From: an uncultured virus (IMG/VR IMGVR_UViG_3300042363_000446)
Lineage: Duplodnaviria; Heunggongvirae; Uroviricota; Caudoviricetes
Direction: 5' to 3' (one strand)
DNA length: 64,000 bases
IMG/VR virus record: IMGVR_UViG_3300042363_000446
Below the pieces are notes generated by a model, which had not been told where the DNA came from, made no database searches, and was given only the letters and a program-made list of their open reading frames with translations. Made by a program: the position numbers and the translations under genes. Positions 1 to 9,247 of this stretch are shown one piece after another; position 1 is the stretch's first letter, and every line of letters begins with the position of its first letter.

Positions 1-27
1 TACTTCTGAGGGATTCGGTACGGCCAT
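1..27 (-). CDS. 5' fragment of a late gene (MAVPNPSEV...) running off the window
   Basis: ATG at 27, downstream of an ATAAATA late-promoter motif at 56-62; frame open to the window edge. Confidence 0.5.
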
Positions 28-30
28 AAT

Positions 31-62
31 TAAATACTCTTATATTAACTAAGAGTATTTAT
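31..62 (-). promoter_or_regulatory. T4-like late promoter (ATAAATA) in the 5' arm of a 12-bp inverted repeat covering the translation-initiation region
   Basis: TAAATACTCTTA (31-42) / TAAGAGTATTTA (50-61) perfect inverted repeat; ATAAATA on minus strand at 56-62. Confidence 0.6.
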
Positions 63-75
63 CTTATACTTCGTA

Positions 76-723
76 CTAATCTTTATCAGTTTCTTCTTGA
101 CTTGTTTTGTATTGCCATTCGTCTGAATGAGCTACATTCCACTTAGGTGAAGTTTCTACTTTGTAGTTTTTAGAACATGCTTTGAAATCAGGTGTTTTCT
201 TGTTTGCTAACACCAAACTTGAATCATGCCAAATAATTCTATTGTTTGGCTGTGCAGCAAACTGCCCATTATCTAGTTTTATAATGTTAAAACTTTTATG
301 CTCAGGATCGTGCTCGGAAAAATTTTGATTTAATATAGTACGATCTGGATGACATGTATCTATAGTGAAAACATATTCACCAGGATGCATTTTACGATCT
401 TTACCAAAGATTTCACACCTGCTTAACAAAGGTTTTTTAATAACAGTTATATGGTAGTCAAAACAATCCCATAGTTGTAAAGTATCTAAACTAAGATCAT
501 AATCCAAATCTGTTTTCCAAACAAAAGCACTAATAGGTAATTTATCATATAAAGCTCCGTATTCAGTAAGCAAGGTTTCAAAATACAAAGCTTTACCTTC
601 TATACTTTTTACTGACACCCAAACTCCCGGAATGTATTCACCTAAGCCTTTTTCACCATCATAAAGATATTCTTTTCTAACCATAACGGGAATTAAAGGT
701 AAATTGTGAACTAAAAATGCCAT
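76..723 (-). CDS. conserved phage hypothetical protein
   Basis: 215-aa ORF abutting the upstream gene; resembles hypothetical proteins common in T4-like aquatic phages. Confidence 0.7.
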   Translation of the reverse strand: MAFLVHNLPLIPVMVRKEYLYDGEKGLGEYIPGVWVSVKSIEGKALYFETLLTEYGALYDKLPISAFVWKTDLDYDLSLDTLQLWDCFDYHITVIKKPLLSRCEIFGKDRKMHPGEYVFTIDTCHPDRTILNQNFSEHDPEHKSFNIIKLDNGQFAAQPNNRIIWHDSSLVLANKKTPDFKACSKNYKVETSPKWNVAHSDEWQYKTSQEETDKD

Positions 724-1425
724 TTATCTAATGTCTAGGGGTTTTGATTTGGTAGCCACAATACAGTAATACTTTTCACGCATTGTTTGTGTTTCACCAG
801 TTTCTTGATTAGGAATACCTAAATCAAATTCTAAGTTATTAAACTTGTCAATAGTAAATCCTGCTCTAATCAATAACGCAGCTAGTTGATTATGACCTAA
901 AATACTATAATGATTCAAATTCATTTCATGCTTACGATCACAATCAGGAGCAGGAACTTCAATATAAATCTTGCTGCCTTGCTTTAGAATACGATTGTAT
1001 TCCATTAGCGAAAAGATAGGATACGGAGAATGTTCAAGAGCATGTCGTAAAAAGATAAAGTCAACACTTTCATCATAATATCCACCTGTTTGTGGTAAGA
1101 AAGACAAGTCATACTTTTTTATAGTATGCCCTTTCTTTTCACAAATTTCAATATCACCTGGACTTAATGTAACACCTATTGTATTTGTATATTCACGAGT
1201 TTTCATTTCATCTAAGAAATAACCAGGCCCGCATCCTAAATCTAAGATATGAGCATCTTTAGATAATTCAAGAGGATCAATATAAGTTTCTACTACTTGT
1301 TTAGTAAGTTGTTTATGAAACTCACTGTCGCCTTCATCATATATGTGCGCTTGATACAAGTACTCGTTGTATAATTTAAGTTTGAGTAAATCCAAAGTGT
1401 TGTTAATGTCAATCATGTTTTTCAT
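724..1425 (-). CDS. class I SAM-dependent methyltransferase
   Basis: ILDLGCGPG motif I; VDFIFLRHALEH and RILKQGSKIYI downstream motifs. Confidence 0.9.
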   Translation of the reverse strand: MKNMIDINNTLDLLKLKLYNEYLYQAHIYDEGDSEFHKQLTKQVVETYIDPLELSKDAHILDLGCGPGYFLDEMKTREYTNTIGVTLSPGDIEICEKKGHTIKKYDLSFLPQTGGYYDESVDFIFLRHALEHSPYPIFSLMEYNRILKQGSKIYIEVPAPDCDRKHEMNLNHYSILGHNQLAALLIRAGFTIDKFNNLEFDLGIPNQETGETQTMREKYYCIVATKSKPLDIR

Positions 1426-1458
1426 AAAAAATCCTATATGTGATTAACATTACTTATT

Positions 1459-2403
1459 CTAAAAATCAGTATATGAATTATTTTTCTTAGCATCTCGCTC
1501 TGTATTGTAAATGCCTTGCCATTTTTTAGCTAAAAACTGTACTAACTGAGATACAGTAGTTAATTTGTTTTTATTCATAAAGTCAATAAGTTTTACTACA
1601 TGATCACGATCTATTCCAGAATTAGGTTTTCTAGCATTACTCATTGAATTAGCTAAACCTCTAATAGAGTCATCCAATCTATTGATATCAGTAAACACCA
1701 AGTTATACCAAATTTCTCTAGCCTTGGTGCCTAACTGATTTTTGTTTTTTGCAGACATTACTTCTATCCACGGATATAAGTATCCTTTATATGTGGATTT
1801 ATTTGCCAAGTTTACTTTGCTAATATCTTCTTTGCCGGTTAGTAAAGAAACATCACCTAAATTTCTTTTGTCAAAATTTAACCAAGCAGTTACATCAGTA
1901 TAAAAATAAGCAGGGATATTTTGTTTTTTTGCTAGTATTAAAATTTGTCTAGCTCTAGCTTTAACTGAATCAGTTGCCGAAGTAGTGCCTTCACCGACTA
2001 ATACATGAATTTCTTTTACACCACCTATACTCATTGTAGGTTCTTTACTAAAAATTCTATCTTCAGCTTCACTGCTTCTTCCACTTGCTGCTGTGCTCAT
2101 TGGATTACGATCTTGATAATAATCAACTGAAGAGGCTTTATAGTGTCTGTTATACCAATCACCATTTAATACAAACAACACACCGTGCCTACCTAAACTA
2201 TTTGTATGATAGCCACCGTGTCTAGTTCTAGTTGTACTTAAAAAGTATGGATAACCTTTGGGAGCATATTGTTGCTCAAGAGATCCCATTGCGCTAGTTA
2301 ATTCAAAATTACCAGTGCTAAGTATATTTCTAGCTGGGAGAAAAGAAGTATAATGATAAACTACAGAACTAGCTCGTTCATTTATTAACTCTTTTGCTCT
2401 CAC
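1459..2403 (-). CDS. putative head-packaged protein with ADP-ribosyltransferase-like motifs
   Basis: N-terminal MRAKELINE leader; YHYT...IL..G.F, FLSTTR and EAEDR motifs in ART order. Confidence 0.5.
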   Translation of the reverse strand: MRAKELINERASSVVYHYTSFLPARNILSTGNFELTSAMGSLEQQYAPKGYPYFLSTTRTRHGGYHTNSLGRHGVLFVLNGDWYNRHYKASSVDYYQDRNPMSTAASGRSSEAEDRIFSKEPTMSIGGVKEIHVLVGEGTTSATDSVKARARQILILAKKQNIPAYFYTDVTAWLNFDKRNLGDVSLLTGKEDISKVNLANKSTYKGYLYPWIEVMSAKNKNQLGTKAREIWYNLVFTDINRLDDSIRGLANSMSNARKPNSGIDRDHVVKLIDFMNKNKLTTVSQLVQFLAKKWQGIYNTERDAKKNNSYTDF

Positions 2404-2768
2404 TTTTTGTATCCCTTGAAAGGTTTTAAAGTACTTTGTGTGTTAGTGGAATCAAGTTCGTCACTATTTAAATCACCGTGATTTAAATCTTTGAATTTTA
2501 TACCTGCTGCTTTATATGCTATTTTTAGCATGGCTTCTTCTTCTTTAGTATATGCGTGTGCAGTATTAAACTTTCCTGCCCAGCTTTCACCGTCCATTGC
2601 AGGTACGATGTTGCCGTCAGTACATGCTGCTGCCATCATTACTCGGTTTAAGTCATAAGTTCTATCATAATTAGAATTAGCAAATACATGTAATCCCCTA
2701 GTAGGATTACTTTGCCTTTTAGACAATTTCCCTATTTTACTTTCAGTTACAAATTCTTTAGCTCTCAT
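2400..2768 (-). CDS. hypothetical protein, candidate internal head protein
   Basis: N-terminal MRAKEFVTE, similar to the neighbour's leader; ATGA overlap with the downstream gene. Confidence 0.6.
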   Translation of the reverse strand: MRAKEFVTESKIGKLSKRQSNPTRGLHVFANSNYDRTYDLNRVMMAAACTDGNIVPAMDGESWAGKFNTAHAYTKEEEAMLKIAYKAAGIKFKDLNHGDLNSDELDSTNTQSTLKPFKGYKK

Positions 2769-2769
2769 A

Positions 2770-3303
2770 TTATTCCGTAGTAACGTCTAAATCACTTTCA
2801 GTACTCATAACAGAACCAGCAACAAAACCATCCAATTCTATTAATAAAGCTGCGTCATTAACATCTACATAAGTTACAGTAGATGCTATAAAGTGTTGCA
2901 TCACTACATTAGCAAGAGGCGTAGTTACTATCCTAACATTGCCACTAGATACGTTCATATCATAAGTAGCTAATGCATTTCCGTTAAATGTTGTAGCGTA
3001 TCCTGTCCACTTTACTTGTGTTAAATTGTTTAATATTTGAGCAGAAATTAAAATATCTTGACTATCGTTATTACTAGGATTTCCTGTTCTAATTTGAAAT
3101 TGACCTTGAGTAAATTCAGCTACCGGTGTTTGCCAAATTACTTGATTTGCGCTAGTTCCTGATGTAATTGATTCTAGTGTATTAGTAGAAGTTGCAAATA
3201 GATTAGAAAAGTTATTGTTAATCTTTCCAAACGCAACTCGTAACGGATCACCTTCACCATCGTTTGGTAACGTGCCTATATTAATAATTTCTTGTGTAGC
3301 CAT
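2770..3303 (-). CDS. virion structural protein with T4 gp9/gp10-like N-terminus
   Basis: INIGTLPNDGEGDPLRVAFGKINNNF motif; late promoter GATAAATA at 3327-3334. Confidence 0.75.
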   Translation of the reverse strand: MATQEIINIGTLPNDGEGDPLRVAFGKINNNFSNLFATSTNTLESITSGTSANQVIWQTPVAEFTQGQFQIRTGNPSNNDSQDILISAQILNNLTQVKWTGYATTFNGNALATYDMNVSSGNVRIVTTPLANVVMQHFIASTVTYVDVNDAALLIELDGFVAGSVMSTESDLDVTTE

Positions 3304-3336
3304 GATATTAATCCAATGTTATTATATATTTATCTG

Positions 3337-3543
3337 TTACAGAATAGCTTTAGCTACTTTAGAAGCTTTAATCATAGCATCATACAAATCTTGTTTTTTC
3401 TGTAAATCTTTTGTATTATTAGAAATTGCAGATTCAAGATTTAATCCATTAATAAGCGTAGCATATTCTTTATCTGATAACTTTCCTGACTCATGAAGTT
3501 TTTGAATGTCATTAAATTTCTTTTCTAAATCGTTAATGTTCAT
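3337..3543 (-). CDS. small hypothetical protein (SHOCT-like helical segment)
   Basis: ATGA overlap with the upstream lipoprotein; KLHESGKLSDKEY segment. Confidence 0.55.
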   Translation of the reverse strand: MNINDLEKKFNDIQKLHESGKLSDKEYATLINGLNLESAISNNTKDLQKKQDLYDAMIKASKVAKAIL

Positions 3544-3944
3544 CGTGGTTTATCTCCTAATACTTGTTGAATTGTTTCGGCTGATGCAATTATTTGTTCT
3601 AAACTAAGCTCACAAAAAGTTTGTGATACTTGATCATTAGTAGCATATAATTCTACACCTTGGTCTATTAATTGATATAAATCATTAGATAATTCATGTG
3701 TATCTTGATTTCGTCTTAGATATTGAGTGAAATTCTTAAACTCTAAAGAACTTCTATACAAAGTAACAAAGTTTTCCTTTGATACTTCATTGTTATCGCA
3801 CGTTTCTACTGACAGTTCAGCAGTGGTTCTTATCCAATTGATTAGTTCATATTCATTAGTATCATACTTTGCTACTAAAAAATAATTAAATGTACTGCAC
3901 CCTGACAGTAATAATAGTGCTGTGATAATTAATATATTTTTCAT
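3540..3944 (-). CDS. lipoprotein
   Basis: signal peptide with lipobox LSG-C. Confidence 0.75.
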   Translation of the reverse strand: MKNILIITALLLLSGCSTFNYFLVAKYDTNEYELINWIRTTAELSVETCDNNEVSKENFVTLYRSSLEFKNFTQYLRRNQDTHELSNDLYQLIDQGVELYATNDQVSQTFCELSLEQIIASAETIQQVLGDKPR

Positions 3945-3945
3945 A

Positions 3946-4467
3946 TTAGTTTCCTATATTTGGTAATAAACGTCTAAAAAATCCGCGATCTTCTACTGGT
4001 TCAGGAACAGTGGGTTCTGTAGTTTCGTTATTTGATTGTTCTATTTCTAATTGATTACTTTGTCTTTCTTGATTTTCTTCTAACCAACCTGAAGGACCTT
4101 TTGGTTTGGTAGCTTCACGGTAATATTTTATAATTTCAGTTTGCTGTCTAATATATCTACGCATTTCTTGAAAGTTGTATGCCATGTTTTCATAGCTTTG
4201 AGGAGTCATACCAAACACAACAAAGTCTGCTCCAGTAAAACTTTTTACTTCTGAAATCTTGTCTTGTAGATTAGATTCAGTTAATACAAACCATTGAACA
4301 TCGTCTAATTGTATTTCGGGCGGAAGAGGTGGTTGATATATTTCTAGTTGTACTGTTTCTGTAATTATTTTTACAGGGGGCAGCGGTAAAGGTTCAGGAG
4401 TGCTAGGACGTAAAAAACTACAACCCGGCAGTAGAAACAATAAAGCAATTAGCATGATTTTATTCAT
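3946..4467 (-). CDS. o-spanin (Rz1-like outer-membrane lipoprotein)
   Basis: lipobox LPG-C then Pro-rich PEPLPLPP / QPPLPP segment; overlaps the i-spanin 3' end by 8 nt. Confidence 0.75.
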   Translation of the reverse strand: MNKIMLIALLFLLPGCSFLRPSTPEPLPLPPVKIITETVQLEIYQPPLPPEIQLDDVQWFVLTESNLQDKISEVKSFTGADFVVFGMTPQSYENMAYNFQEMRRYIRQQTEIIKYYREATKPKGPSGWLEENQERQSNQLEIEQSNNETTEPTVPEPVEDRGFFRRLLPNIGN

Positions 4468-4879
4468 TTAATTGATCTACCTCTTTAGAATCTTCTTCCA
4501 TTTGTCTAAACACTTCTTGTGTTCCATTATTAAGTCTAGGTTCAATCAATCCAGGTCTAGCTAGTGCTAACCTTTGTAGATCATGCCTGCGAAATATACT
4601 TAAGTATTCATCTTTTTCTGATTGTAGTTGCTGATTAGCTGAAGTTAGGTTAGTCATTTGCTCTACTTGGCGCTGACTATTTTCTTCTAATGATCTGATA
4701 GTTTGTTCGTTTATTTCTGCTGCGGATTGTAACGCTACATTTTGTGCTTGATACTGCCTTACATCAGATTGTAACTGAGTTATTTGGGTATTAAGTTGGT
4801 TAACAATAAACCAATGCGCTGCATAACCAGCGCCGGCAAGTAATAGTACAATGGGTAGTATTTTTAAATATGCAAACAT
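4460..4879 (-). CDS. i-spanin (Rz-like inner-membrane protein)
   Basis: single N-terminal TM helix, long Gln-rich coiled coil, C-terminal LALARPGLIEPRLN; late promoter ATAAATA at 4887-4893. Confidence 0.75.
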   Translation of the reverse strand: MFAYLKILPIVLLLAGAGYAAHWFIVNQLNTQITQLQSDVRQYQAQNVALQSAAEINEQTIRSLEENSQRQVEQMTNLTSANQQLQSEKDEYLSIFRRHDLQRLALARPGLIEPRLNNGTQEVFRQMEEDSKEVDQLNE

Positions 4880-4885
4880 AGTCTT

Positions 4886-5962
4886 CTATTTATCATAGAA
4901 GGCTTTTACCATGGTGGCTATATACTCAACTTCGCTGTCTAACAGTTCAGGATAAATGGGTAAACTTAAAACGGATCTAGATAACATTGCACTAGCTGTT
5001 AAAAAGTCTAATGTATTTTCACACAAGAACTTAGTTGCAGGTAACTCAGAAATAGTTTGTTCATAATGAACCTTGACTTCTATCTTATGCTTGAGTAAAT
5101 GAAATCTTAATAAGTCTCTATCGTCTGTAGCAATTACGAATTTTTGATCTGCGTGACGATAAAATTTCTTACTCAAACATTTGATTGGAAGATTTTCAAA
5201 CTCTTTAATATAATACTTTCTGATCTTTTGTCTACGTATCTGCCACTGATCTATATGTAGCGATCTTGCTAGTACATGAGCACAATCTATTTCACTCATT
5301 TTACTGTTAGTACCTGCTACAAAGATTTCTTGTGCAAAGTGCTTACCGTTATCTTTATAAGATTTTGCAAACTTGTACAACTCTTCGCTGTTAGTTACGA
5401 TTGCACCACCGTTTCCCGAAGCAGGTAAGTTTTTTGTAGGGTCAAAACTAATTGCCATACCCAATCCTACATTACCATTAGCTATCAACCAGTGTTGCGC
5501 ACCATCTACTATATCTTGAGAAGTTAATAAGTCTGGAGTAGGTGCTCCATATAAACCTACATAGCAATTGTATGTGTTTATACTTTCTCGTTCTGGTTGC
5601 AACATTATACCATGTGAATCAGTATCTACGATTTCTATATCATAGTTTTTAGTATATGCGTTATTGTTAACAAACGCATTTAGTGTAGCTCTGTATGTAA
5701 GATTAGGTATACGGATATGCAGGGGGATAGTTAAGTCTAAGCTAGTGTAGCAAAGATACTTTGCAATGATTTCTAATGCTTGAGTTCCGCTGTGAACAAC
5801 TACTGCGTATTCACATTTGGTTCTGTTGACTAACCAATTTTCTAGTCTATTAGTATAACTACCGTCGCAAAAGATACCAGATTTTAGTACGTCATCTGTG
5901 GCTGATAAAAGTTCATGTTTTAAATTTAGATACTGACGATCTAAACCAAAATGTTTAATCAA
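4886..5962 (-). CDS. DegT/DnrJ/EryC1/StrS family PLP-dependent sugar aminotransferase
   Basis: HSGTQAL, DGAQH, SFDPTKNL (catalytic Lys), GGAIVT, LSLPIYPEL motifs. Confidence 0.9.
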   Translation of the reverse strand: MIKHFGLDRQYLNLKHELLSATDDVLKSGIFCDGSYTNRLENWLVNRTKCEYAVVVHSGTQALEIIAKYLCYTSLDLTIPLHIRIPNLTYRATLNAFVNNNAYTKNYDIEIVDTDSHGIMLQPERESINTYNCYVGLYGAPTPDLLTSQDIVDGAQHWLIANGNVGLGMAISFDPTKNLPASGNGGAIVTNSEELYKFAKSYKDNGKHFAQEIFVAGTNSKMSEIDCAHVLARSLHIDQWQIRRQKIRKYYIKEFENLPIKCLSKKFYRHADQKFVIATDDRDLLRFHLLKHKIEVKVHYEQTISELPATKFLCENTLDFLTASAMLSRSVLSLPIYPELLDSEVEYIATMVKAFYDK

Positions 5963-6924
5963 AGTTTCTTAGACCAATAAGGAGAATTTATAATCCAATC
6001 GTAATAAATCTTAAAGCCTTCTTCAACATCAACTTTAGGATCAAAGTTAAAGTCATTTCTAGCAGCCGCTATATTAAGTGAGCCTCTGCTAGGAAAGTCA
6101 GCGTCTTTATCTTTAATCTCAATTGAGCCTTTACCAGCTAATTTGACTGCTAGTTCTGCTGCATACTTTAAAGTTCTGCTGTGGCTTTTTGTAATGTTGT
6201 AAGTTTTGTTGATAGCGTTTTCACTTAATGTAGCAGCTACTATACCCTCAGCAGCATCATCTACATATGTAAAGTCAAGGGTTTCATTTACCCCGTTTAC
6301 TTTTAGTGTTTGACCGCGTAATGCGCTTAGAATAAACTTTGATATTACTCTGTCTTCAACGTCAAGAGGACCGTATACTGCACTTGGTCTGATGATAGTA
6401 TGTTCTAAGTTACAGCTACGAGTATAGTCTTTTACTAACCATTCACCTGCTAGCTTCATTATACCATATTGACCTTGAGGTTTACATATAGCATCTTCAG
6501 TTACATCGTCTGTAAAGTCTCCATATACCATAGAACTACTAATATAAACAAATCGTCTTACTTTATGCTTTTTAGCAAGTTCAAGTAAGTTAATTAAACC
6601 CTCGCTCATTGTTCTACTACCAGCACGAGGATTTACGTTAACTACTTTTTGTCTAGGAAAGCTAGCAAGATGAATAATGATTTCTGGTTTGTCGTCATTG
6701 ATTATTTCATCTAGCGCATAATAATCAGTAATATCTGCGTTAAATATATCTTTAGTTTTTATTTTCTTAATGCGTTCATTCATCAAGTAATTTAGTTCAT
6801 CGGCAGGTATTAAACCATAACTAGTTTTATTATCTACGATAGTTATTTCGTGTCCCAAACTTTCTAGTTTGTTAACTATGTTATGTCCAATTAAACCTAA
6901 CCCGCCAGTGACTAATATTCTCAT
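5959..6924 (-). CDS. NAD-dependent nucleotide-sugar epimerase/dehydratase (extended SDR)
   Basis: TGGLGLIG, ISSSMVYG, YGIMK (YxxxK); start moved to the ATG at 6924 (ATGA overlap with the nuclease stop). Confidence 0.9.
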   Translation of the reverse strand: MRILVTGGLGLIGHNIVNKLESLGHEITIVDNKTSYGLIPADELNYLMNERIKKIKTKDIFNADITDYYALDEIINDDKPEIIIHLASFPRQKVVNVNPRAGSRTMSEGLINLLELAKKHKVRRFVYISSSMVYGDFTDDVTEDAICKPQGQYGIMKLAGEWLVKDYTRSCNLEHTIIRPSAVYGPLDVEDRVISKFILSALRGQTLKVNGVNETLDFTYVDDAAEGIVAATLSENAINKTYNITKSHSRTLKYAAELAVKLAGKGSIEIKDKDADFPSRGSLNIAAARNDFNFDPKVDVEEGFKIYYDWIINSPYWSKKL

Positions 6925-7688
6925 TGAAGTAATGTCCACACCGTAGTATCAATGCCTGTGCTTTCTAACTGTGCTGCATCAGTTAACTTAGGATGAAAAT
7001 TCAACCCAGTCATTTTTTCAATATTCTCAATTGTAGTTACCGTAGCAGATATGTCTTGTGTTCTAACTGGCTCATTAGGGAATAAAAATGCTACTGCTGT
7101 ATTAGAATTACTATCTACAACAACTTTCCAAATATATTGAGGTATGCCTAATCCATTGCCTATTACTTCATAGCCGGGATTATACACAGTACCTACAGTA
7201 ACATATAAATTCATACCTGTTTTTGCTAAGTTTCTAATACGATCTTCTAATATACGCCAAGCACCTCTGTTTTGATTTGGATTCTGCGGAACCATATTAC
7301 TTAGATAAAAGCTTTGTGACATTTGTTCTTCGCTTGCTGTGTTATCAGCAGCGGCACTTAAATGTCCTCTGTCATATGGCTTGCCTGCGTAATCAGCTAA
7401 AGTAACATCATGTTCACTGGGAATAACAGGATCATCTCTAAAGTTATCTTTACGCTTTGCTGTTCCTGTAATATCTTCAGGGTCTATACGATAAGTTACA
7501 TACTCTGCGGTTTTAGTGTCAAACCTAAAATGAACAGCATAGTTTAAGTGACAAACATACTGTGACTCAGTGATTGCTGACACCGGGGCGCCTGCAGGAT
7601 GAGCATGATCAGGGCAATTATCATCAATAGGGTTGGCATAAATTGTTGTGCTTAAAAGTAACGCTAATATTGTTGTTATTGTTCTCAT
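6921..7688 (-). CDS. secreted DNA/RNA non-specific endonuclease (NucA/EndoG family)
   Basis: signal peptide; YDRGHL active site; SFYLSNMVPQ...N.GAW..LE. Confidence 0.92.
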   Translation of the reverse strand: MRTITTILALLLSTTIYANPIDDNCPDHAHPAGAPVSAITESQYVCHLNYAVHFRFDTKTAEYVTYRIDPEDITGTAKRKDNFRDDPVIPSEHDVTLADYAGKPYDRGHLSAAADNTASEEQMSQSFYLSNMVPQNPNQNRGAWRILEDRIRNLAKTGMNLYVTVGTVYNPGYEVIGNGLGIPQYIWKVVVDSNSNTAVAFLFPNEPVRTQDISATVTTIENIEKMTGLNFHPKLTDAAQLESTGIDTTVWTLLQ

Positions 7689-7924
7689 TTAAATTTTAAT
7701 CTCCAAAATGTTTCAATTTTTTCTTCTAATGTGGCCCAAAGTTCTACTTTCTCATTGAAGGTATTAGGGTCGTTCATAACTCTTATCTGGATAGGAGTTT
7801 GGCTATGTTGTTTTATAAACTTTCCTTCTTCAGTTTCAAACCATATCTTTATTGTTTTTTCGGCAATATTCGGATAGTTAAAATCGTTACTAATATCAAA
7901 CGATATAACTTCTACTTTTTTCAT
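7685..7924 (-). CDS. hypothetical protein
   Basis: 79-aa ORF with ATGA overlaps on both sides. Confidence 0.65.
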   Translation of the reverse strand: MKKVEVISFDISNDFNYPNIAEKTIKIWFETEEGKFIKQHSQTPIQIRVMNDPNTFNEKVELWATLEEKIETFWRLKFK

Positions 7925-8790
7925 ACTGCCATTGGTGCTTTAATAGCATCATGTGACTGATAGTTATTTAGTTTAATGTCATCCATTGTAAAATGATCAA
8001 TATTTTTTATCGCAGGGTTAAGCCAAAGAGTAGGTTCAGGATATGCTTCTCTTGATAATTGTTCTTTAACTTGTTCTACGTGATCTTGATAGATATGTGT
8101 ATCACCAAAGCTAATAATCAGTTCTTTAGCTTTTAATCCAGTTACATGCGCAATCATGTGCGTAAGTAACGCATAGCTTGCGATATTGAACGGGACACCT
8201 AAAAAGATGTCTGCGGACCGCTGATACATATGACAACTTAGTGTTCCATCAGTGCCTACATAAAACTGAAACATAACATGACAGGGCGGCAATGCCATTT
8301 TATTTAGTTCAGCAACATTCCATGCGCTAACGATGTGTCTACGACCATATGGATCTTTTTTGATGTTTTCAATAACTTGTTTAAGTTGGTCAATAAAAAC
8401 AGGTTCTGCTTGACATATACTAGTAGTGTGCGTATCCCACTGTCGCCACTGTACACCATACACTCTACCCAAGTCGCCTTCAAACTTGGCTCTAGGTTTC
8501 CAGTAAGGTGACTCGGCATTACCAGTCCATATTGTTGATTTAGAAGGATCGCGTGTGCCGTGTGTTATCTCGGAAAGTCTTCGTTCGTCACTTGATCCTT
8601 CTAAGAACCAAAGTAATTCAGCTACACATGCTCGCCATGCTAGCTTTTTTGTAGTGATTGCAGGGAAAGTTGTTCTAAGATCAAAACGTAGCTGACGACC
8701 AAATACTGATATAGTTCCTGTGTTTGTTCTATCGCTACGTTCCTCGCCGTTTTCAAGAATGTCTTTAAGTAAATTGTGATACTGTTCCAT
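7921..8790 (-). CDS. thyA: thymidylate synthase
   Basis: DRTNTGT, VYGVQWR, MALPPCH, YQRSAD, GVPFNIASY, GDTHIY motifs. Confidence 0.98.
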   Translation of the reverse strand: MEQYHNLLKDILENGEERSDRTNTGTISVFGRQLRFDLRTTFPAITTKKLAWRACVAELLWFLEGSSDERRLSEITHGTRDPSKSTIWTGNAESPYWKPRAKFEGDLGRVYGVQWRQWDTHTTSICQAEPVFIDQLKQVIENIKKDPYGRRHIVSAWNVAELNKMALPPCHVMFQFYVGTDGTLSCHMYQRSADIFLGVPFNIASYALLTHMIAHVTGLKAKELIISFGDTHIYQDHVEQVKEQLSREAYPEPTLWLNPAIKNIDHFTMDDIKLNNYQSHDAIKAPMAV

Positions 8791-9247
8791 CTTTTCTTTT
8801 CCAAACCTCGTAGCTATGATCTTTGTGATGTTCTATATGAACGCGAGTATAATTGTGTTCTAAGTATACTAGATCAACAAAACAATCACAATCATAATGG
8901 TCATTTGTTAAAGACAAATAAATTTCGTCTATGTAATCCCAACTAGAGTTTACTAGACTAGCACCACCTATTAACCAAGCATTTTTAAAATGGTTGAAAT
9001 GTGATAAGTCTTTTACTGCAACAGCGCCAGGTGGTAATTCTAATTGATGACTAGTAACAACAAAGTTAAGTCTATTAGTGAGAGGTTTCTTAGGTAAGCT
9101 TAACCATGTATTTCTACCCATTACTATTACTTGGTCAGTGGTAAGTTTTTTAAATCTAGGCAAGTCGCCTTCTAACATAGGCCACGGTAAAGTATTATCT
9201 TTACCGATTCCGCCCTGTGGATCACATGCTAATATTAATTTCATCAA
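8765..9247 (-). CDS. folA: dihydrofolate reductase
   Basis: GIGKDNTLPW, MGRNTWLSLP..PL.NR.NFVVT, IGGA motifs; adjacent to thyA. Confidence 0.95.
   Translation of the reverse strand: MMKLILACDPQGGIGKDNTLPWPMLEGDLPRFKKLTTDQVIVMGRNTWLSLPKKPLTNRLNFVVTSHQLELPPGAVAVKDLSHFNHFKNAWLIGGASLVNSSWDYIDEIYLSLTNDHYDCDCFVDLVYLEHNYTRVHIEHHKDHSYEVWKRKDGTVSQFT

Noticed and set aside
8304..8519. Nested same-strand ORFs (8304-8519, 21809-22027, 22326-22517)
   Set aside because: Alternative-frame ORFs inside conserved genes, with no RBS or recognisable motifs
7921..8790. Intron-containing thyA or a dNMP hydroxymethylase for modified DNA
   Set aside because: ORF is continuous and keeps the dUMP-specific Asn (PFNIASY); looks like ordinary ThyA paired with DHFR
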